This document shows positions 1-9,611 of a stretch of DNA of 64,000 bases, piece by piece (position 1 is the stretch's first letter; each line of letters starts with the position of its first letter). A program made the translations under genes and the position numbers. Under the pieces are notes generated by a model. It ran no database searches. It was not told where the DNA came from and saw only the letters and a list, made by a program, of their open reading frames with translations. The DNA is from Myxococcota bacterium (lineage in GTDB: Bacteria; Myxococcota_A; UBA9160; JAFDDA01). Location of the stretch: contig OZ245817.1 of the NCBI GenBank assembly GCA_965228475.1, forward strand, positions 512,001 through 576,000, in the 5' to 3' direction.

Positions 1-2
1 CG

Positions 3-1895
3 TGGCCGAGCCGAGAGAACGGCGGGCCGAGGACGACGACGGAGGTGGAGATCCTCCGGGCGATCCTCGACGGCCGCGAAGCCAGCGTCGTTCGAGAGGA
101 GCGCCGAGGTTCCGAGCGATGGCTGGTCTTCGCGGAGCCGGTCGTCATGCGCGAATTCTGCGTCGACTGCCACAACGATCACGTGCAGAGTCCGAAGCGG
201 GGGTGGAAGGCGGGGGACGTGCGCGGCGTGCAGCTCGTCGAGGTCGCGCTGCCGGCGGTCCCGTTGCTCCCGACCGAGGCGACCTGGAGCAGCCTCGGCA
301 CGATCGTCGCCTTCTCGGGCTTGACCCTGATGCTCTGCGGAGGCCTCCTGAGTCGCGTGCAGCGTGGCCAGCAGACCGCCCGGCGCGGCCGGCTCTTCCA
401 CGACCTCCTCCACCGGGCCGGAGACCCGATGATCTCGATCGACGAGGAAGGCAGGGTGACGACCTTCAACCTCGCCGCGGAGGAGCTGCTCGGGTATGGC
501 GAGGCGGAAGTGCTCGGCCGAAGCGCGACGGTGTTCATGGATGCGAAGGACGCCCCGCGCCACGAGGCAGGCTTCCGCGCGGCGATCGCCCGGGGGCGTG
601 CCCGCAGCGCCGAGCCCGCGGAGGTCGAGGCCGTCACCCGGGACGGCGAGAGGATCCCGGTCGGGATGGTCGTTGCCGTGGTCGACGGGCCCGAGGGAAA
701 GCGGGTGATCGGGACGCTGCGCGACCTCCGCACGACGAAGCGGCTCGAGGCGCGCGTTCGTTCCGCGGAGACCGCCGAGGCGATCGGCCAGCTCACCGCC
801 GGGATCGCGCACGACTTCAACAACATGCTCATGGTGATCGGCGCCAACGCCGAGGTCGTCCGGGAAGACCTCGAGGGGCGGATCGACCCCCAGCCGCTGA
901 CCGACATGGTCGAGGCGGTCGAACAGGCCGCGCAGCTCACGAACCATCTCCTGACGGTGACCGGGCAGCAGCGCTTGAGCCCCCAGCCGGTGTGGCTCGA
1001 TCAAGAGCTTCCGCGAATGGTGAAGCTGTTGCGCCGGACGCTCGGGACCTCGATCCGGATCGAGCTCTCCCTGGGTAACGATTCCGAAGCCGTCCGGGTG
1101 GATCCGGGGCTCTTCGAAGCCGCCGTCATCAATCTCGCGATCAACGCCCGCGATGCCATGCCGGGTGGCGGGAATCTCTCGATCCGGGTCGACCGCGTCG
1201 AAGGGGCCGTTCCCTTCGAGGCGTCGCACGAAGCGGGCTTCGTACGGCTCACCTTCTCCGACACCGGCCAGGGGATTCCCCGAGAGCACCTCGAGCGCGT
1301 CTTCGAGCCGTTCTTCTCGACCAAGGAGACCTCGCGCAGCCGCGGGCTCGGCCTGAGCATGGTCCGCGGTTTCGCGCGCCAATCGGGCGGGGAGGTCGAA
1401 CTCGAGAGCTCGGCCGAGGGCGGCACGAGCATCTTCCTCTTCCTCCCGCGCGCCGCGGAGGAAGCCGCGCTCGAAGGGGACGAGGCGCCGCCGATCAACG
1501 TGGCCGGAACCAGCGTGCTCGTCGTGGAGGACGAAGCGCCCGTTCGCGAGGCCCTGGTGCGCATCCTCGACCGGCTCGGCGTCAAGAGCAGCGAGGTCCA
1601 CAACGCGGACGAGGCGCTCGCCCGGTTGACCCTGGGCGATCGGCCGGAGGTCGTGCTGACCGACGTGCTCATGCCCGGCGCACTCGACGGACACCAGCTC
1701 GCCCTCGAGATCGAGCGCCGCTTCCCCGAGGTCGGGGTCGTCGTCGTCTCCGGCTACAACGCCCACCCCGAGTGGCCGGCGTCCGTGCCCCATCTGCGCA
1801 AACCCGTTCGCAGCGAGGAGCTCGCCGCCGCAATCGATGAGGCCCGGCGGTCTCCCGCCGGGCCCTCGGTTGCGGACGAATCGTCCCTCGTCTGA
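3..1895 (+). CDS. Hybrid sensor histidine kinase/response regulator with heme-c (DUF3365-like) sensor, PAS, HisKA, HATPase and REC domains; 5' end lies outside the window
   Basis: Frame open from base 3 (WPSRENGGPR...); CVDCH heme motif; TM helix; PAS; H-box AHDFNNML; N-box NLAINARDAM; DTGQG and GLGLS boxes; C-terminal receiver (VVEDE, LTDVLMPG, KP). Confidence 0.9.
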   Translation, partial: WPSRENGGPRTTTEVEILRAILDGREASVVREERRGSERWLVFAEPVVMREFCVDCHNDHVQSPKRGWKAGDVRGVQLVEVALPAVPLLPTEATWSSLGTIVAFSGLTLMLCGGLLSRVQRGQQTARRGRLFHDLLHRAGDPMISIDEEGRVTTFNLAAEELLGYGEAEVLGRSATVFMDAKDAPRHEAGFRAAIARGRARSAEPAEVEAVTRDGERIPVGMVVAVVDGPEGKRVIGTLRDLRTTKRLEARVRSAETAEAIGQLTAGIAHDFNNMLMVIGANAEVVREDLEGRIDPQPLTDMVEAVEQAAQLTNHLLTVTGQQRLSPQPVWLDQELPRMVKLLRRTLGTSIRIELSLGNDSEAVRVDPGLFEAAVINLAINARDAMPGGGNLSIRVDRVEGAVPFEASHEAGFVRLTFSDTGQGIPREHLERVFEPFFSTKETSRSRGLGLSMVRGFARQSGGEVELESSAEGGTSIFLFLPRAAEEAALEGDEAPPINVAGTSVLVVEDEAPVREALVRILDRLGVKSSEVHNADEALARLTLGDRPEVVLTDVLMPGALDGHQLALEIERRFPEVGVVVVSGYNAHPEWPASVPHLRKPVRSEELAAAIDEARRSPAGPSVADESSLV

Positions 1896-1931
1896 CCGCC
1901 CGCCTCCGATCGAGGTCCTGTCCCGCTTCGA

Positions 1932-4226
1932 TCAGCGGCTCGCGAGCGCCGCCGCCGAGCCGTCCCGGACCTCGGGGGCGAGGTCGAAGCGGTCGAGGTG
2001 CATGACCTTGGCGAAGGCGGCCGCGAAATCCTCGGCGAATCTCTGCCGTGCGTCCGCGCTGGCGTAGACCTCCGCGAGAGCCCGCAGCTGGGAGTGCGAC
2101 CCGAAGACCAGATCCACCGCGGTGGCGGTCCAGGTGATCTCCCCCGTCGAGCGGCTTCGTCCTTCGAAGACCCCTGCCTCGGTTTCGGACTTCTGCCACT
2201 CGGTCTCCATGTCGAGCAGGTTCACGAAGAAGTCGTTGGAGAGCGTGCCGGGCCGCGCCGTGAAGACGCCGTGGGCCGCGTTCTCGTGGTTCGCCCCGAG
2301 GACGCGCAGGCCCCCAACCAGGACGGTCATCTCCGGAGCCGTCAGCGTGAGCTGGTTGGCCCGGTCCACGAGGGACACCTCCGGCCGCCGGGCGTTGCCG
2401 CTCGCGACGAAGTTCCGGAAACCGTCGGCCTGCGGCTCGAGCACCTCGAAGGAGGCCGCGTCCGTCTGCTCGGCCGACGCATCGGTGCGGCCCGGCGTGA
2501 ACGGGACGGTCACCGTGTGTCCGGCCTTCTCCGCCGCGGCCTCGACCGCCGCCGAGCCGGCCAGAACGATCAGGTCGGCGAGGGAGATCTTCTTCCCGCC
2601 CGTCTGCGAGCCGTTCCACTCCGAGCGGATGCGTTCGAGCTCGCCGATGACCTTCCCGATGCGCTCGGGCTCGTTGGCCTCCCAGCCCGACTGCGGCGCG
2701 AGCCGGATGCGCGCGCCGTTGGCGCCGCCCCGCTTGTCGCTGTCGCGGAAGGTCGAGGCCGAGGCCCAGGCCGTCGAGACGAGGTCGGCGATCGAGAGCC
2801 CGGAGTCGAGCACGGCGCGCTCGAGCGCCGCGACGTCCTGCTCGTCGACGAGCTCGTGGTCGACGGCGGGAACCGGGTCCTGCCAGATCTGGGGTTCCGG
2901 TACGTCACGGCCCAGGAGCCGGGAGGCCGGGCCCATGTCGCGGTGGGTCAGCTTGTACCAGGCGCGCGCGAAGGCCGCCTCGAACTCCTCCGGGTTCTCG
3001 TGGAAGCGCTTCGAGATCGGGCCGTAGATCGGATCCATCCGCAGCGCGAGGTCGGTCGTCAGCATCATCGGCGCGTGGACCTTCGAGGGGTCGTGCGCGT
3101 CCGGCACGAAGCGGGCGCCGTTCTCGGGCGTCCACTGCCAGGCGCCGGCGGGGCTCTTCGTGAGCTTCCACTCGAAGCCGAAGAGGTTCGCGAAGAACTG
3201 ATTCGACCAGCGCGTGGGCGTGGACGTCCAGGCGCCTTCGAGGCCGCTCGTGATCGTGTCGCCCCCCTTGCCGGTGCCGTAGGAGCTCTTCCAGCCGAGC
3301 CCTTGCTCTTCGAGGCTCGCCCCTTCCGGCTCGGCGCCGACGTACTTCTCGGGCTTGGCGGCGCCGTGGGCCTTGCCGAGCGTGTGCCCGCCGGCGATCA
3401 GGGCCACCGTCTCCTCGTCGTCCATGGCCATGCGTCCGAACGCCTCGCGGATGTCGCGCGCGGCAGCGAGCGGGTCGGGCTTGCCGTTCGGGCCCTCCGG
3501 GTTGACGTAGATCAGGCCCATCTGCACCGCGGCCAGCGGGCGACGCAGCTCCCGGTCGCCGCTGTGGCGTTCGTCCGCCAGCCACTCGTTCTCCGGGCCC
3601 CAGTCGATGTCGTTCTGCGGTTCCCAGACGTCCTCGCGGCCGCCGGCGAACCCGAAGGTCTCGAACCCCATGGATTCGAGCGCGACGTTGCCGGCCAGGA
3701 CCATGAGATCGGCCCAGGAGATCTGCTGTCCGTACTTCTGCTTGACCGGCCAGAGCAGGCGCCGGGCCTTGTCGAGGTTGGCGTTGTCGGGCCAGCTGTT
3801 GAGCGGCGCGAAGCGCTGGGTGCCGTCGGAGGCGCCGCCGCGGCCGTCGCCGACGCGGTAGGTGCCCGCGCTGTGCCAGGCCATCCGGATGAAGAGCGGC
3901 CCGTAGTGGCCCCAATCGGCGGGCCACCACGCCTGGGAGGTCGTCATGACCTCGGCGAGATCCTTCTTCAGGGCTTCGAGATCGAGCTGGGCGAACGCCT
4001 CGGCGTAGTCGAAGTCCGCTCCGAGCGGATCGCTCTTCTGGGAGTTCTGGTGGAGGATTCCCAGGTCCAGCTGGTTCGGCCACCAGTCTTGGTTCGTCAT
4101 CTTGCTCCTCGCTTTCGCGTCGTGGGTTCCGGGTTCGTAGTGCGAAGGCTTCGCCGTCGCGGGGGTCGCGCCGCACAGGAGCGCGAAGGCCGCCGCTGCG
4201 CAGAGAATTCGGTGCTTGGAAGTCAT
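1932..4226 (-). CDS. katG: Catalase-peroxidase HPI with N-terminal signal peptide
   Basis: [35 protein letters not shown] and [13 protein letters not shown] motifs; Sec-like N-terminus ending PATA; GAGGAG RBS. Confidence 0.97.
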   Translation of the reverse strand: MTSKHRILCAAAAFALLCGATPATAKPSHYEPGTHDAKARSKMTNQDWWPNQLDLGILHQNSQKSDPLGADFDYAEAFAQLDLEALKKDLAEVMTTSQAWWPADWGHYGPLFIRMAWHSAGTYRVGDGRGGASDGTQRFAPLNSWPDNANLDKARRLLWPVKQKYGQQISWADLMVLAGNVALESMGFETFGFAGGREDVWEPQNDIDWGPENEWLADERHSGDRELRRPLAAVQMGLIYVNPEGPNGKPDPLAAARDIREAFGRMAMDDEETVALIAGGHTLGKAHGAAKPEKYVGAEPEGASLEEQGLGWKSSYGTGKGGDTITSGLEGAWTSTPTRWSNQFFANLFGFEWKLTKSPAGAWQWTPENGARFVPDAHDPSKVHAPMMLTTDLALRMDPIYGPISKRFHENPEEFEAAFARAWYKLTHRDMGPASRLLGRDVPEPQIWQDPVPAVDHELVDEQDVAALERAVLDSGLSIADLVSTAWASASTFRDSDKRGGANGARIRLAPQSGWEANEPERIGKVIGELERIRSEWNGSQTGGKKISLADLIVLAGSAAVEAAAEKAGHTVTVPFTPGRTDASAEQTDAASFEVLEPQADGFRNFVASGNARRPEVSLVDRANQLTLTAPEMTVLVGGLRVLGANHENAAHGVFTARPGTLSNDFFVNLLDMETEWQKSETEAGVFEGRSRSTGEITWTATAVDLVFGSHSQLRALAEVYASADARQRFAEDFAAAFAKVMHLDRFDLAPEVRDGSAAALASR

Positions 4227-4280
4227 GGTTCTCCTCGTCGGGAAGTCGCGCGTTCAAACCAGCATCGCCGCACCCGGGCC

Positions 4281-4313
4281 ATCGGTCCAATTGATAATCA
4301 TTCATGAAGCGAT
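4281..4313 (-). promoter_or_regulatory. Probable OxyR-binding site between katG and oxyR
   Basis: Minus strand ATCG-N7-AATG-N7-ATTG-GACCGAT, AT-rich, with OxyR-like tetranucleotide spacing; 21/33 identical to the site upstream of dps. Confidence 0.65.
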
Positions 4314-4324
4314 AGGATCAGGTG

Positions 4325-5214
4325 ATGATCACTCCGACCCTTCGTCAGCTCGAATACGTCGTTGCGGTGGCGGACGAGCGCCACTTCGGCCGTGCCGCCG
4401 AGTCCTGCGCGGTGACCCAGCCCGCCCTGAGTGCCCAGGTGCGCGAGCTCGAATCCCTGCTCGACGTCCGCATCTTCGAGCGCGACCCGAAGGGGGTGCT
4501 CGTCACGGCGGCCGGGGCGGTGGTCGTCGAGCGGGCGCGGGAGATCCTGGTGAAGGCAGGCGAGCTCGTGGACGCCGCGCGCGTGGCGCAGCGGCCTCTC
4601 TGTGGGCGCCTCGACGTCGGGGTGATCCCGACCGTCGCGCCCTACCTGCTACCGCGCGTACTGCCCGCCGTGCGACGGAAGCACCGCGAGCTTCACCTGC
4701 GCCTGCGCGAGCTTCACACGAACCGACTCGTCGAGGATCTCGAGCAGGGGCGGCTCGATCTGCTCGTCCTGGCCCTCGAGGCCGATCTCGGCAACGCGGA
4801 GACGTTCCCGCTCTTCAAGGATCCGTTCTTCGCCGCCATGACGAAGGGCCACGAACTCGCCAAGAAGAAGACCGTTCGTGAGCACGATCTCGAGGGGAGG
4901 CAGGTCATGCTGCTCGAGGACGGGCACTGTCTGCGCGACCAGGCGCTCTCGGTCTGCGGTGCCACGGGAGCGGTGGAGATCGGCGACTTCTTCCGGGCCA
5001 CCAGCCTGACCACGCTGATGCAGATGATCACCGAAGACGACGTGATGACGCTCCTGCCCGAGCTCGCCGTTCCCTTCGAGACGCGCGGACGGCGGGACCT
5101 CGTCGTGCGCCCGTTCCGGAGCCCGCCCCCTACCGGACCATCGGCCTCGCCTGGCGCAAGCACAGCCCCCGCGCCGACGAGTTCCGCACCCTCGGCGAGA
5201 GCCTGAGGGTCTAG
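4325..5214 (+). CDS. oxyR: OxyR (LysR-family H2O2 sensor) with an apparent 1-nt frameshift at the C5 run 5126-5130
   Basis: LysR HTH; GHCLRDQALSVC with both redox cysteines; divergent from katG; the conserved tail YRTIGLAWRKHSPR...* continues in another frame (5131-5214) while the called frame stops at 5206. Confidence 0.92.
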
Positions 5215-5228
5215 GGCATATTATTCGA

Positions 5229-5257
5229 TTGACAAGCCAAGTGAGCGCCCCTAGCCT
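5229..5257 (+). promoter_or_regulatory. Sigma70-type promoter of the GST gene
   Basis: TTGACA-N17-TAGCCT. Confidence 0.6.
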
Positions 5258-5318
5258 GCCACTCTTCGCTGGTCGGACGACCGATCAGCCCGTTTCGCGC
5301 GCCCCGAGGAGAAGCCCG

Positions 5319-6122
5319 ATGCTCGAACTCCACCACAACGCGTTTTCCACGTGTTCCCAGAAGGTCCGCCTGGTACTCGTCGAGAAGGGGCTCGAGTTCG
5401 AGTCCCGCGAGGTGAACCTGCTCACCGGCGAGCAGCACGATCCCGAGTACGTGAAGCTGAACCCGAATCACGTCGTCCCGACGCTCGTCCACGACGGCCG
5501 GGTCTTCGTCGAGTCGTCCCTGATCATCCAGTACCTCGACGACGCGTTCCCCGAGCCGGCCATGCGGCCGGCGGACGCGGCGGCCCGTTACGAGACCGAC
5601 TTCTGGATCAAGCGGGCCGACGACGTGATCCACAAGGTCGCGCCCGTCGTCACCTTCGCCCTCGGGCCGCGCAAGGCCATCCTGGCCCAGCCCGAAGAGG
5701 TGCGGCGCGCAAACGTCGACTCGATCCCTGATCCGGCCAGGCGGGCCATCCGGCGAAGCGTGCTCGAGCACGGCGTGGCGGCGCCGGAGTTCGCGGGCGC
5801 GCTCGGGGTCTTCGTCGACATGCTGGTCGACCTGGAGAGCCTCCTCGCGGAACGCGCGTGGATCTCCGGCGATCGCTTCGGTCTCGCGGACGCGACGCTC
5901 CTGCCCTACGTGCTGCGGGTCGAGCATCTCGGCATGGACCCGCTGCTCGACGGCACCGTGCGGCCGGCGCTCCGTGGCTGGCTCGACCGCGTGAAGGCCC
6001 GGCCGAGCTTCGTACCGGCGGTCGAGGCCTGGGCGCCTCCGGCCCTGGTGGAGATGATGCGCACCAACGGCAAGGAAGAATGGTCCGAGATCGAGGCGTT
6101 GGTGGAGGCCAGGACCGCCTGA
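5319..6122 (+). CDS. Glutathione S-transferase family protein
   Basis: STCSQKVRLVL, LNPNHVVPTL, ESSLIIQYLD and GDRFGLAD motifs; GAGGAG RBS before ATG 5319. Confidence 0.92.
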   Translation: MLELHHNAFSTCSQKVRLVLVEKGLEFESREVNLLTGEQHDPEYVKLNPNHVVPTLVHDGRVFVESSLIIQYLDDAFPEPAMRPADAAARYETDFWIKRADDVIHKVAPVVTFALGPRKAILAQPEEVRRANVDSIPDPARRAIRRSVLEHGVAAPEFAGALGVFVDMLVDLESLLAERAWISGDRFGLADATLLPYVLRVEHLGMDPLLDGTVRPALRGWLDRVKARPSFVPAVEAWAPPALVEMMRTNGKEEWSEIEALVEARTA

Positions 6123-6150
6123 GCGGAGCGTTCGAGGCCCCTCGCGGGCC

Positions 6151-7080
6151 CTACTTCCGCGGCTCCGCCGGCATTCCGAGGCTCGCGTAGCGCGACGCCG
6201 CCTCGTCGCAGGCCTCGTCGAGGACGCCCACGATCTCGTCGGCCTCGGGGACGATGCCCTTCCACGATTCGTGGATGCAGTTGTCCGCGATCCACTCCGC
6301 CCGGTCTTCGGCGGGAAGTGCTGCGAGCTCGAGATCGCCCGCGAGGCAACACGCCAGCCGATCGGCCAGCTGCACGCAGACCAGGGTGGCGCGCGTGAAC
6401 TCGGTATCGACGGGGATCTCGTCCGGGTCGTAGACGTGGTGGTGCTCGACGAGGTCGCACAGCGACGGCGGGAGGCCCCACTTGCGCATGGCCCGCGCGC
6501 CGAGCCGGGCGTGGTCGAGGCCGAAGAGGCCCGATTCCTTCTCGATCAGTTCCTCGGGCGTCCGCCAGCCCTTCTGCTCGACGGCGTCGAGCTCGTCGGG
6601 CGCGGTGTCGAGCATCAGGAAGCGGCCGAGGTCGTGGACGAGGCCGCCGAGGTAGGCCTCCTCGAGGCCGCCGTCCGGCTCGTTCGCGATCAGCTGCGTG
6701 ATCTCCCGGGCGAGGACCGCCACGAGCAGGCTGTGTCGCCAGAGGTCGCATTCGCCGGCCGTCGACGGGACGAACACGCGGGAGACCGCGACCGAGGTCA
6801 CGAGGTCCGCGATCGACTTCGCGCCGAGGCGCATGACGGCGTCGCGCAGCCCTTCGATGGGCTGGATGGGCGCCGAGTGCGCGGCGTTCGCGGCCTGGAT
6901 CACCTTGGCGGCGAAGGGCGGGTCGTCGGTGCCGAGCTCGAGGACCTCGGCGAAGAACTCGTCCGAGCGCGGGTCGAGGGCGAGCAGCCGGGCGACGACC
7001 GAGGGGAGCATCGGGAGGTCGTCGAGCGCGCGCTCTCCTGCATCCCGCTCGATCCGATTTCGCTTCGATGCCAGGGACAC
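6151..7080 (-). CDS. HDOD domain-containing signalling protein
   Basis: LPMLPSVV, DPPFAAKVIQAAN, WRHSL, AYLGGLVHDLG, DHARLG and WGLP motifs. Confidence 0.9.
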   Translation of the reverse strand: MSLASKRNRIERDAGERALDDLPMLPSVVARLLALDPRSDEFFAEVLELGTDDPPFAAKVIQAANAAHSAPIQPIEGLRDAVMRLGAKSIADLVTSVAVSRVFVPSTAGECDLWRHSLLVAVLAREITQLIANEPDGGLEEAYLGGLVHDLGRFLMLDTAPDELDAVEQKGWRTPEELIEKESGLFGLDHARLGARAMRKWGLPPSLCDLVEHHHVYDPDEIPVDTEFTRATLVCVQLADRLACCLAGDLELAALPAEDRAEWIADNCIHESWKGIVPEADEIVGVLDEACDEAASRYASLGMPAEPRK

Positions 7081-7249
7081 TCGGGCCTCCGGGGCTGCGG
7101 GTTCTCGCGGACGCTGATGCCCTGAAATCGGCCAGCTCGGGGCCCGGCTTGAGCCGGCCCTTCGGTCGGATCGCGTCGAGCGACACGCGGGCGTGTACCA
7201 GTCGGTTCCATCTTCGGGAACACGACCCGAGCTGACGTGGTCCCGCGAA

Positions 7250-7269
7250 AGGGCGCTCTGAGGCGCCCT
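7250..7269 (-). terminator. Probable intrinsic terminator after the cysteine-rich gene
   Basis: AGGGCGC-6nt-GCGCCCT hairpin followed by a short T run on the minus strand. Confidence 0.4.
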
Positions 7270-7282
7270 CCGCGCCCCGGGG

Positions 7283-8902
7283 TCAGTTGCAGCGCGAGGG
7301 TTCGAGGAACCCGCCGGCGACGCAGCTTCCGTTGCAGCAGTCCGAGTTCTCGTTGCACTCGTTGCCGGCTCCGAGGCACGCGCGGCAGGTGAAGAGGTCG
7401 CAGCGGTTGCTGCAGCAGTCGCCGTTCACGGCGCAGATGTTGCCGTTCGGCGCACAGCAATCGCCGCAGTCGAAGGCGCAGGTCGCGCAGGTCTCGCCGT
7501 TGTTGCAGCTGAAGTCGCCGCAGAAGGGGCAGACGCCGCAGTCGATGCCGCAGCTCGCGCAGTCCTCGCCGTTGTTGCAGGTGAGATCCCCGCAGAAGGG
7601 CTGCGCGGTGCAGAAGCCGAGGGAGCAGTTCCCGCTCTGACAGGCGGAGTCCTTCAGGCAGAGGGAACCGTTCGGCAGGGTGTCCTGGCAGAAGAAGAGG
7701 GCATCGCAAAAGCCGGTGCAGTCCTCGTCGATCGTGCAGCCGTAGTCCGTCGGGCAGGCTCCGCAGTCCGCCTGGCAGGTGGCGGTCGAGGAGGCGCGGC
7801 AGCTCTCGCCGGGCTCGCAGATGCCGTTGCCGCACAGGCTGCAGCGTCCGTTCGGTCCGCACTCGCCGCCGAAGCAGTCCTCGTCGACGACGCAGACGTC
7901 GCCCGGGCCGAGCTCGCCCGTGCAGTCCGCCGAGCAGGTCGTTCCGCTCTCGCCCTCGAGCGTCTCGCAGATGCCGTTGCCGCAGACGGGGCCGTTCCCA
8001 TCGCAGGGGCACTCGCAGCCGCGCTTCTGGTTGGTCAGGTATCCGCCGGGACCGACCGCGGCGACGGCGCCCGCGTAGAGCGCGGCGATCGACCGGCACG
8101 AACCGGCGCAGGCCGCCTCCGCGACGGGGAGCGAATCACAGACCGCGAGCATGTTGGCGAGGAACGCCGCGTTGCACTGGCCGAAGCCCGTGCCGCAGGT
8201 GGTGAAGCACGCGTCGTGGAGGTCGCACGGCCCGGGGTTCGCCGGGTCGCCCGTGCCGAAGGCCGCGCTCGGGCAGGCGAGCAGGGGCGTGGCGGATTCG
8301 GTCGGGTTGTTCCGATCGTAGAGGGAGGGGAGCCCGGCTCCCGCGAGCAGGTCCGCGCTGCATCCATCCGTGGCCCGCGGATCGAGGCCGTTGGCGACAC
8401 GGTCTTCGAAACAGACGCCCTCGGCGATGTCCTCCCCCTCGATGCTTCCGGTCACGACCCGTGCACCCGGGAAGACGCCGCCGTTCGCGTCGTTGCAGTC
8501 GCCGCCGTCGGCCGAGATGCCGTCGCCGTCTCCGTCGGGAGCGACGCCGGACGGCCCGGGCCGGCCGCTCGTGAAGCCCGGGACGAACAGCAGGAAGTCG
8601 TCGATGTTGACGAAGCCGTCGCCCGACATGTCGGTGCCGGTGCCCGAATCCGTACCCGCGACGAAGTCCGGCAGGAACTGCTGGAAGTCGTCGAGGTTGC
8701 AGAAGCCGTCGCCGTTGAAGTCGCAGTCGCAGGCGTTGCCGAAGCCGTCCGCATCGGTGTCGACCTGGGGCGGGGCGCCGTTCGGGACGTCGATGCAGGT
8801 GTCGACGGTGTCGGCCGCGCCATCGCCGTCCGAGCCGGCTCGCGCCGAGGAGGGCAGGGCGATCAGGACCACGGTGAGCAGGAGCTTGAGCGGCAACGAC
8901 AT
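7283..8902 (-). CDS. Secreted cysteine-rich multidomain protein: TSP3/EF-hand-like Ca-binding module, DCND..PGA metal-binding motif, PLA2-like domain, CGNGxC repeats and knottin-like C-terminus
   Basis: Signal peptide MSLPLKLLLTVVLIALPSSARA; DxDxDG loops; DGCS...CDLHDACF...YLTNQKRGCEC; CGNGICE and CGDxxCNNGE repeats; two Cx5DCCxxxC units. Confidence 0.85.
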   Translation of the reverse strand: MSLPLKLLLTVVLIALPSSARAGSDGDGAADTVDTCIDVPNGAPPQVDTDADGFGNACDCDFNGDGFCNLDDFQQFLPDFVAGTDSGTGTDMSGDGFVNIDDFLLFVPGFTSGRPGPSGVAPDGDGDGISADGGDCNDANGGVFPGARVVTGSIEGEDIAEGVCFEDRVANGLDPRATDGCSADLLAGAGLPSLYDRNNPTESATPLLACPSAAFGTGDPANPGPCDLHDACFTTCGTGFGQCNAAFLANMLAVCDSLPVAEAACAGSCRSIAALYAGAVAAVGPGGYLTNQKRGCECPCDGNGPVCGNGICETLEGESGTTCSADCTGELGPGDVCVVDEDCFGGECGPNGRCSLCGNGICEPGESCRASSTATCQADCGACPTDYGCTIDEDCTGFCDALFFCQDTLPNGSLCLKDSACQSGNCSLGFCTAQPFCGDLTCNNGEDCASCGIDCGVCPFCGDFSCNNGETCATCAFDCGDCCAPNGNICAVNGDCCSNRCDLFTCRACLGAGNECNENSDCCNGSCVAGGFLEPSRCN

Positions 8903-9114
8903 GGGGTCTCCGCCGCCAGTGTGTCCGATCCCCCCGTGCATTGCTCCGCCTTTTTCGGCCTCTCCCCGCCTCCTGGCGGCTTGCGCATCGGTTGCCGGTC
9001 TCCGGCCGGCGGGAATCGGCCCATCGCCCGCCGCCGCCGGGTGCGTCGGCAGGAATGCCCGGGTCGGACTTTCCGAGCCCGGGCGGGCGGGCCTCCCTGC
9101 GCGTCCTGCGCGGT

Positions 9115-9130
9115 TGGCACGTTCGATGCT
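9115..9130 (+). promoter_or_regulatory. Sigma54 (-24/-12) promoter
   Basis: TGGCACG-TTCG-ATGCT, one mismatch to TGGCACG-N4-TTGCW, 26 bp before an ATG with AGGAGG RBS. Confidence 0.6.
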
Positions 9131-9156
9131 CTAGCTCCCGACAGGAGGTGAGTGTC

Positions 9157-9495
9157 ATGAAGAAGCTGAACTCGAGAATCGCTGCGGCTCTCTTCGGAAT
9201 GATCGTCCTGGCCACGGCCGGGGTCGCTCAGTCCGAGGCACCGGCCAACCCGATCGCCCGGCCGCTCACGGTGACGGGAATGATCGAGCCGGTCGCCGAC
9301 CCGCTCTTCGGTGCGACGACGCCCGTGCAGATCGTCTCCGCGGACGCGGGGACGTTCCTCGTCGCGAACGAAGGCGTGGGGAAGGATCTTCGCGCCCACG
9401 TCGGCGTGAAGGTGACGGTGGTCGCGAAGCCCGAGGCCGACGTCGACGGCAAGCCGCTCCTGCGGGTTCTCCGCTACGAGCTGCACGAGAGCTGA
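9157..9495 (+). CDS. Small exported hypothetical protein (112 aa, beta-rich, possibly OB-fold)
   Basis: AGGAGG RBS; signal peptide MKKLNSRIAAALFGMIVLATAGVA; typical codon usage. Confidence 0.75.
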   Translation: MKKLNSRIAAALFGMIVLATAGVAQSEAPANPIARPLTVTGMIEPVADPLFGATTPVQIVSADAGTFLVANEGVGKDLRAHVGVKVTVVAKPEADVDGKPLLRVLRYELHES

Positions 9496-9611
9496 GCCGG
9501 AGTTGAGCGTTCGGCTCCGTGGCGCGCTCGAAGGAGCCCGCCGCGGGGCCGATTCGCCAAGTTGCGGGGCATTCCGAAGCGAGCCACGTTCCACTCGCGT
9601 CAGGAGGCCCC

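Noticed and set aside
1998..4307. 769-aa + strand ORF and other long antisense ORFs (e.g. 10264-13923, 18248-20764, 23060-24919, 30893-32812)
   Set aside because: They mirror well-supported genes on the opposite strand; stop-poor shadow frames are expected at this GC content and show no family motifs.
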